This document shows, piece by piece, positions 58,286 through 64,000 of a DNA stretch of 64,000 nt. The number at the start of each line of letters is the position of its first letter. Within the stretch, counting starts at the first letter, position 1. The stretch lies in NCBI GenBank assembly GCA_903919075.1, contig CAIXGR010000072.1, forward strand, positions 1,210 to 65,209, written 5' to 3'. Below the pieces are notes generated by a model. It was not told where the DNA came from and did not search any database. It saw only the letters and a program-made list of their open reading frames with translations. A program made the position numbers and the translations under genes. This DNA is from an uncultured Bacteroidota bacterium. GTDB taxonomy: Bacteria > Bacteroidota > Bacteroidia > Chitinophagales > LD1.

Positions 58286-59227
58286 TTACATTATTTGAAC
58301 AGTAACGCATCCGTTTAAGTTGGCAACCACAGTGCCTGAAAAATATTTACCGGATAAAGTAGTGGCCGACCAATTGTAAGTTCCGAAAGGCACTACTGAA
58401 GAAACCTCCCAACTTTGCGAACAAACATCTGTTCCGCCTGAAGAGTTTGCGATACCGCTGCCAATATTTTTGCCAGTCAAACTAACTGAATAGTCGGATT
58501 GTGTGGTAGAATAAAATACTATGTTACTATATCCGGCAACAGGAAGAGACATGTTACTTCTGGTGAAAGAAACAGGGGTTGTTTTTCCTGAAATAACATC
58601 AACGCTGCCTGTCCATTTTTGTCCGTTTGCACTTTGCGCAGTATAGGTATGTGTTCCAGCTGTAGCAGAAACATCGAACCCAGGGCCAACAAATGTGGAA
58701 CTATAAACATACGGAGTTATAATGCCTGCTACATTGTTATTCATAGTTACCGTGATTGAACCAAGGCCTGAGTTGTTAGTGGAAAACTGAACTGTTCCTT
58801 TTCCCGGAGTTGAAGCATTGGCAGTGGTTAAGCCAGTGCTGGTGCATTGACCAGCGGCAATTGAAAGGCTTCCTGTCCAATTCATATTATCGGCATTAGT
58901 TGCAGTATAAGTGTAATTACCTTGTGGCATCGAAATATGGTTGGTAGAATGAGCATCTGTACAACCCGTATTGGCAGAAGCAACTATTATTACGCCATTT
59001 GAGAGCTTAATAGTAGGCATTTTATCGGCAGTGCTATAAAAAAGCATATTACCATTTGTGGTTGAAGCAGGCGCATAAACGCAGCATGATGAACACTCTA
59101 CAACGGCCGTTGGGTCATAATTTGTTGCGTTTCTATCCATACAACCCTTTTCTTTTGAGCAGGATTGAACTACAAAAATGCCAAGTAATGCAAGGATGGC
59201 GATTAAAGAGTGGAGTATATTTTTCAT
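58286..59227 (-). CDS. Lipoprotein with a GCMD.NA.NYD motif and three tandem beta-sandwich-like repeats
   Basis: ATG at 59227 gives MKNILHSLIAILALLGIFVVQS-C. Three ~85-aa repeats, each with ...F.(S/T)...G.(Y/H).(Y/W).A......(W/F).G. Confidence 0.75.
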   Translation of the reverse strand: MKNILHSLIAILALLGIFVVQSCSKEKGCMDRNATNYDPTAVVECSSCCVYAPASTTNGNMLFYSTADKMPTIKLSNGVIIVASANTGCTDAHSTNHISMPQGNYTYTATNADNMNWTGSLSIAAGQCTSTGLTTANASTPGKGTVQFSTNNSGLGSITVTMNNNVAGIITPYVYSSTFVGPGFDVSATAGTHTYTAQSANGQKWTGSVDVISGKTTPVSFTRSNMSLPVAGYSNIVFYSTTQSDYSVSLTGKNIGSGIANSSGGTDVCSQSWEVSSVVPFGTYNWSATTLSGKYFSGTVVANLNGCVTVQIM

Positions 59228-59480
59228 GGCGTTTGCTTTTAAATTGTTTGTAATTATTAGAATACAAAGGTGGGCATACATAGGAGCAAAAGCATTACAC
59301 AATTGTAAAGAAGAGTTACATGATTTGAAGCCGCCTACCCCTATATAACTATGAGGCGCAATTGCACTAAAAATCGTTTTAACAATCACAAAAAATTCAA
59401 ATCGTTGATACTTTGGAAATATCGAAGTTTGTAGTGAAATTCAGCTATCCAATTATTCAGGAATCAGGAAGTAACTAATC

Positions 59481-60667
59481 ATGGAATTTGCAATTGTAGA
59501 TATTGAAACCACCGGTGGCCATGCAGCTGGCAATGCCATTACGGAAGTTTCCATTCAAATACATGATGGAGAGAAAATAATTAAAAGCTACGAAACGCTT
59601 ATCAACCCCGGCACACCTATTCCTTATTACATAAGCGGGTTAACTGGTATTACTAACCAGATGGTGAAAAATGCCCCTCCTTTTCTACTGTTGCTGCAAC
59701 CATTTTCGAGTTGCTGAATAACCGTGTTTTTGTTGCACACTCCGTTAACTTCGATTACTCCTTCCTGAAAAACGAATTAAAGCTTTCGGGCTACGAACTG
59801 AATTGTAAAAAACTCTGCACCGTCCGTCTTAGCCGAAAAACATTTCCCGGCCTTCCTTCCTATGGTCTTGGTAATCTTTGTAGCTCGTTAGAAATTCCTC
59901 TTCAAAACCGGCACCGTGCCGGTGGCGATGCTGCCGCTACAGTAATACTGTTCGAAAAAATATTGGCTGCTGATGGCGAGGCTATTCACAAGTTTTTAAA
60001 ACGCGGATCGAAGGAACAAGCACTGCCACCAAATTTACCCAAAGAAGAATTTGAAAAACTTCCCGAAACAACCGGTGTGTATTATTTCCATAACCGGAAG
60101 GGGAAAGTAATATATGTAGGCAAGGCTGTAAATATTAAAAAACGGGTATCGGGTCATTTTAGCAATAACTCAACCGGTAAACAGAAACAGGATTTTATGC
60201 GTGAAATATTTCACATTCGTTTTATAGAATGTGAAAGTGAGCAGGCCGCATTTACGCTCGAAACACAAGAGATAAAAAGAATATGGCCGCAATTTAACCG
60301 GGCACAAAAAAGATACGAGCCTCTTTTTGGAATAGTACATTACAACGACCAAACAGGCTTCAGCCGCCTGGCTTTAAAAAAATTAAATAATAAACGTGAA
60401 TCTAATTTTCAAGTAAAAACACTTTTAGAGGGGCAGGAACTTTTGCGCAAACTAGTTACTGAACATGAATTATGCTTGCGCCTTGCCGGTATACCTAAAA
60501 GCAAAGAACATTGCATTGAAACAGATTGTGTTTGCTGCAAAACAAATAAACGCCACATAAAAATCTATAACAAAAAAGTAGAGGCTGCACTAACAAGTTT
60601 GATGGATGTAATGATGACTTACGTACAAAGCAACAAACTGGCTGAGGCCAATCAGTTAATGCTATAA
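59481..60667 (+). pseudogene. DEDDh 3'-5' exonuclease (DnaQ-like)/GIY-YIG nuclease fusion split by a single-base frameshift
   Basis: 59481..59717 has IVDIETTG (Exo I). 59711..60667 has VAHSVNFD, HRAGGDA and GVYYF...IYVGKAVNIKKRV. Adding one T to the run at 59681-59684 restores APPFSTVAATIFELLNNRVFVAH. Could be a sequencing error. Confidence 0.75.
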
Positions 60668-61263
60668 CTAATTAGCCTGATTGATTTATTTTGAGGAATC
60701 CAGGGGCTGGCAACAAAATCTTCGCGAATAATTCCAATACTGGGTGCTATATAAATGGTTGCCTGCAAACTATTATCAACCATCATTACCCGCCGGTTGA
60801 TGAGATAAACATTAGCATATGTTTTTCCTAAAACGGTATAACTTTGAAAACTATTCAATACATACAAAGTATCTGCCGGGCTGTCTCCCTGCCAACCAGA
60901 ATGGCCACTTATGGGAAAGCGAAGCTTTAATGTAGAAAAGAGATAACTGGACGTGGTTGGAAAATAAGCGTAACCGGTAATGGCTTGAGTAATAGTGCCG
61001 GTATCAACAATAACATTATTAACCGTAGTTTGGTAGTTGTAAATACTCGAGTCGCTATTGACAACAGTTTTTGCAGTAATAGAAAAAATGGCTGTATCTG
61101 TAACATGGTGAAGGCTATCTATTACTTGATATGTCCAGCTATCATTCACCTTAACCGGATAATCGCTCATTTTAATATCGCCAATATTCGATGGTTTAGG
61201 CTTATTGCAGGCAGCCAGAAATATTATACTAAGTATAAAGGCAATCGCATTTTTCGAATTCAT
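60652..61263 (-). CDS. Hypothetical lipoprotein
   Basis: Lipobox FLAA-C; DYPVKVNDSWTY...TV.GKTY.NV...YIAPSIGII, a common Bacteroidota lipoprotein pattern. Confidence 0.8.
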   Translation of the reverse strand: MNSKNAIAFILSIIFLAACNKPKPSNIGDIKMSDYPVKVNDSWTYQVIDSLHHVTDTAIFSITAKTVVNSDSSIYNYQTTVNNVIVDTGTITQAITGYAYFPTTSSYLFSTLKLRFPISGHSGWQGDSPADTLYVLNSFQSYTVLGKTYANVYLINRRVMMVDNSLQATIYIAPSIGIIREDFVASPWIPQNKSIRLISYSIN

Positions 61264-61378
61264 AGTTCAACAGTTTCTTTTAAAACGCCTTAAAATGACA
61301 GTTGGTTGCTTGCAGTTTCTACTATCTTCTTATTAACGGATAGCAATACAAATCATTTTAACTATTATTTTAGCCTTT

Positions 61379-62164
61379 ATGAAACGTATTCTTGTTCCCG
61401 TTGATTTTTCGGTTGCTGCTGCAAATGCTCTTCAATATGCTCTTAATTTCGGTAAACCTTTTAATGCAGAAATAGTATGCCTTCATGCAACTGACGACGT
61501 TTCAACCCATGAAGCAACGGGACTAAAACTTAAAAAGTTCATTATTAAATATTCAGATTCTGTTGGTAGCACTGTAAAAAATGTTGTTGTAAACGGCAAA
61601 TTAGGAACTGCCGTTAGCGAATTTATTGACAACATGAACGTTGATATGATAGTGATGGGCACCAAAGGCGCCGCTGGTTTTCAAAAAGTGTTTAGCGGCT
61701 CTAACACAACCGACCTTCTTTCATCTACTTCGCTACCTGTACTTATAGTACCTCAGGGGGTTTCGTTCAGCCCTATTAATTTTATTCTTTGGGCCAGCGA
61801 TTTTTTAGAACTGGCACATGCAAAATCTTTAAACACACTAATAGAAACAGCGTTAACTTTTAATGCCGAAGTACGCATTGCACATGTAAAAGAGCGCAAC
61901 AAAAAACTACACGAAATTAAAGGATTAGAAGCAAGCCGAATGCACGATGTTTTTCAATTTAAAGGGGTAAAACATTCGTTCAAAAATATAAGCTGGACTG
62001 ATATTACCGGTGGTATCAATTACTACCTTAAACAAAAAGGCGATAATAATTTATTGGTAATGTTCAGAAGAAATCGGGGCTTTTTAAGCCGCATCTTCCG
62101 CCTCGATCACACTTATGAGTTTGCCTGCAGGCCTACCCTGCCTTTGTTGATTATACCGGAGTAG
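61379..62164 (+). CDS. Universal stress protein (tandem USP)
   Basis: KRILVPVDFS, DMIVMGTKGA...GSNT...PVLIVP, second domain ILWASDF...PLLIIP. Confidence 0.92.
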   Translation: MKRILVPVDFSVAAANALQYALNFGKPFNAEIVCLHATDDVSTHEATGLKLKKFIIKYSDSVGSTVKNVVVNGKLGTAVSEFIDNMNVDMIVMGTKGAAGFQKVFSGSNTTDLLSSTSLPVLIVPQGVSFSPINFILWASDFLELAHAKSLNTLIETALTFNAEVRIAHVKERNKKLHEIKGLEASRMHDVFQFKGVKHSFKNISWTDITGGINYYLKQKGDNNLLVMFRRNRGFLSRIFRLDHTYEFACRPTLPLLIIPE

Positions 62165-62170
62165 GTTGGA

Positions 62171-63961
62171 TTAAGATTGTACGGCCGGTAATGTGAAATA
62201 AAAAGTAGCACCTTCATTAACCACGCCTTCGGCACGTACTACGCCACCGTGTTTTTCAATAATGCGTTTTACCAACAGCAGCCCTACACCGGTGCCTTCA
62301 AACTCGTTTGCCCCGTGCAGCCTTTGAAAAGCGCCAAACAGTCGGTTGTAGTTTTTCATATCAAACCCGGCGCCGTTATCTTTTACCAGGTAGGTAATGG
62401 CATCGTCGCCCTGCTGGTAACTTACTGTAACTACGGGGTTTTCTTTTTTAGATGAATATTTAATACCGTTTGATAAAAGATTTACCACCACCTGTTCTAT
62501 TAATGATGCATCAACCGAGGCCGGTGGCAGAGCATCAATTTTAAGCGCGGCATGGTTGGGGTGGTATGTTTGTATATTATCCCATGTAGTTCTGAACAGT
62601 TTTTCCATATCAACCTGTTGGTGGTGCGGCATTACTTTATCGTACCGGGCCAGGGTAAGCAGGTCTTCAATAATTGTGTTCATTCTTTTTCCGCTGATGA
62701 CTATGTGGTTAAATAATGACAGTAAATCGGGACTAAATTTTGAAGCATGTTCCTCAGTAATAATTTTGGCAAATCCAATTACAGCCCTTACCGGTGCCCG
62801 CAAATCATGCGATACGGAATACGAAAAAGATTCGAGCGCTTTGTTGGATTCCTGTAACTGGGCGGTGCGTTGAATTACTTTTTGTTCAAGCAATTCATTA
62901 AGGTCGGCAATTTCCTGTTCGGCTTTTTTGCGGGCAGTAATATCGCGGTAGTTTATTACGATGGCTTTTACGCTTTCGTTTTGCAGTAAATTATTTACGG
63001 TCGATTCTACCCATATATAATACCCGCCTTTATGTAATAGCCTAAACTGCCCTTGCTGGGGCACACCGGGCTGGGCAAAAACCTGGTCGAAATAATCTGA
63101 ACAGCGCTGACGGTCGTCGGGGTGAATTATTTCTAATAGCGTTTTTGATTGTACCTCTTGTAAAGTATAGCCGTTAATCCGTTCAACCGAGGGGCTGCGG
63201 TATATAACTTCCATTTTTTCGTTAAACAGGGTAATGGCATCGCCAATATTTTCGATTAAGGCGCGGTGCCTTTCTTCGCTTTTTGCCACTGTTTGATTGC
63301 TCTCTTTAAGCTTGTTTACTAAATTTCGTGTATCGCCAACAATTAAAAACGATACTAAAAATGCCATTGAAAGCATTATAGCCAGTAAAACGCAAAACTT
63401 TTTAAAGGTTATATCGTACACTTGTCCGCTATCTTTATATAATTCGCCGCTTACCATTATTTGCAGTTGTACCAGCTGGTTGGCTTTTTCAATAACTACC
63501 AAAACCGCTGAACTTAAATTTGGGTAGGCACTTTTAACGGCCGTTAAATCGTTATTGGCTATCGCATTTTTTATGTTTTGAATAGGTAGTTGAGCCGCAC
63601 CGGTTACGGTTTCCATTTCGGCAACCAGCTTTTTTTCATCGGTGGTTAGATAGGTTAGCTTGTATGCCTGCCAGTTGGCGTTAATATCCGCTTCGGCTTT
63701 TTTTATACGGGTTTGTGCTTCGCCAAAAGTAATGTCGTTGTTTTCAAGTTGCTGAACGGTATTTAGTATTCCAGTGGCGTACGAATACCGGATGGTAGTT
63801 AGTTGCTCGGTAGGAAAAACCCTATCGGCATATAAGGTTTGTATGTTTTGGTTCATGGCTTTTAGCCTGCCCAAACCATAAATACCTATGCCTATAATAG
63901 CAGCGCATAAAACAAAAACCAGCAAAAACAACTTAGAGGTAACACTCAATTTGCTTAACAT
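62171..63961 (-). CDS. Membrane sensor histidine kinase with MCP-type four-helix-bundle sensor and PAS domain
   Basis: TM-(LYADRVFP..QL)-TM, PAS (IIHPDDR, YIWVES), FSYSVSHDLRAP, NLLSNGIKY, DNGAGFD, GTGVGL. ATG at 63961. Confidence 0.92.
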   Translation of the reverse strand: MLSKLSVTSKLFLLVFVLCAAIIGIGIYGLGRLKAMNQNIQTLYADRVFPTEQLTTIRYSYATGILNTVQQLENNDITFGEAQTRIKKAEADINANWQAYKLTYLTTDEKKLVAEMETVTGAAQLPIQNIKNAIANNDLTAVKSAYPNLSSAVLVVIEKANQLVQLQIMVSGELYKDSGQVYDITFKKFCVLLAIMLSMAFLVSFLIVGDTRNLVNKLKESNQTVAKSEERHRALIENIGDAITLFNEKMEVIYRSPSVERINGYTLQEVQSKTLLEIIHPDDRQRCSDYFDQVFAQPGVPQQGQFRLLHKGGYYIWVESTVNNLLQNESVKAIVINYRDITARKKAEQEIADLNELLEQKVIQRTAQLQESNKALESFSYSVSHDLRAPVRAVIGFAKIITEEHASKFSPDLLSLFNHIVISGKRMNTIIEDLLTLARYDKVMPHHQQVDMEKLFRTTWDNIQTYHPNHAALKIDALPPASVDASLIEQVVVNLLSNGIKYSSKKENPVVTVSYQQGDDAITYLVKDNGAGFDMKNYNRLFGAFQRLHGANEFEGTGVGLLLVKRIIEKHGGVVRAEGVVNEGATFYFTLPAVQS

Positions 63962-64000
63962 GGGTTTGGGTTTTGATGGCAAATATTAAAACGGCGCAAA

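Noticed and set aside
1-64000. CRISPR arrays, IS elements, prophage, rRNA, riboswitches, defence systems
   Set aside because: None recognised by eye. Intergenic gaps are short and lack regularly spaced repeats. A covariance-model search would be needed to exclude small structured RNAs.

Overview
A 64-kb stretch of chromosomal DNA of roughly 40% GC from a Bacteroidota genome. The assignment rests on two T9SS C-terminal-domain proteins, TAnnTTTG-type promoter elements and many lipoprotein signals. No integrase, transposase, CRISPR array or prophage is visible. Left to right: (1) an alternating array of two paralogous ~190-aa secreted proteins and two paralogous fibre/adhesin-like secreted proteins, one ending in an ALK/LTK-type glycine-rich domain; (2) a His-rich pseudogene missing from the ORF track; (3) an RND-MFP-TolC efflux operon; (4) two T9SS cargos, a beta-repeat protein and a C10 cysteine protease; (5) a TetR-led LolA-like/ABC/outer-membrane operon with a visible operator; (6) a 19-kb carbohydrate block (pgm, 2891-aa cyclic beta-1,2-glucan synthase, tkt, rpiB, pgi, HAD phosphatase, gnd, zwf, pgl); (7) a second glycine-rich-domain protein carrying a phage-tail-fibre-like module; (8) tRNA-Ser(CGA), a DevBCA-like ABC exporter and a membrane ferredoxin-like gene; (9) VIT1, agmatinase, an MbnP/MbnH-like pair with an altered WxW motif, ExbD, two-component genes, a Rieske protein, an SDR, a P-type ATPase, a frameshifted DEDDh/GIY-YIG gene and a USP. 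The best leads are the fibre-plus-partner array with swappable glycine-rich tips, the window-wide excess of the palindrome ACCGGT/CCGG, the cgs-pentose-phosphate coupling and the WxW-less MbnP. All family calls come from motif recognition by eye; no database searches were run.
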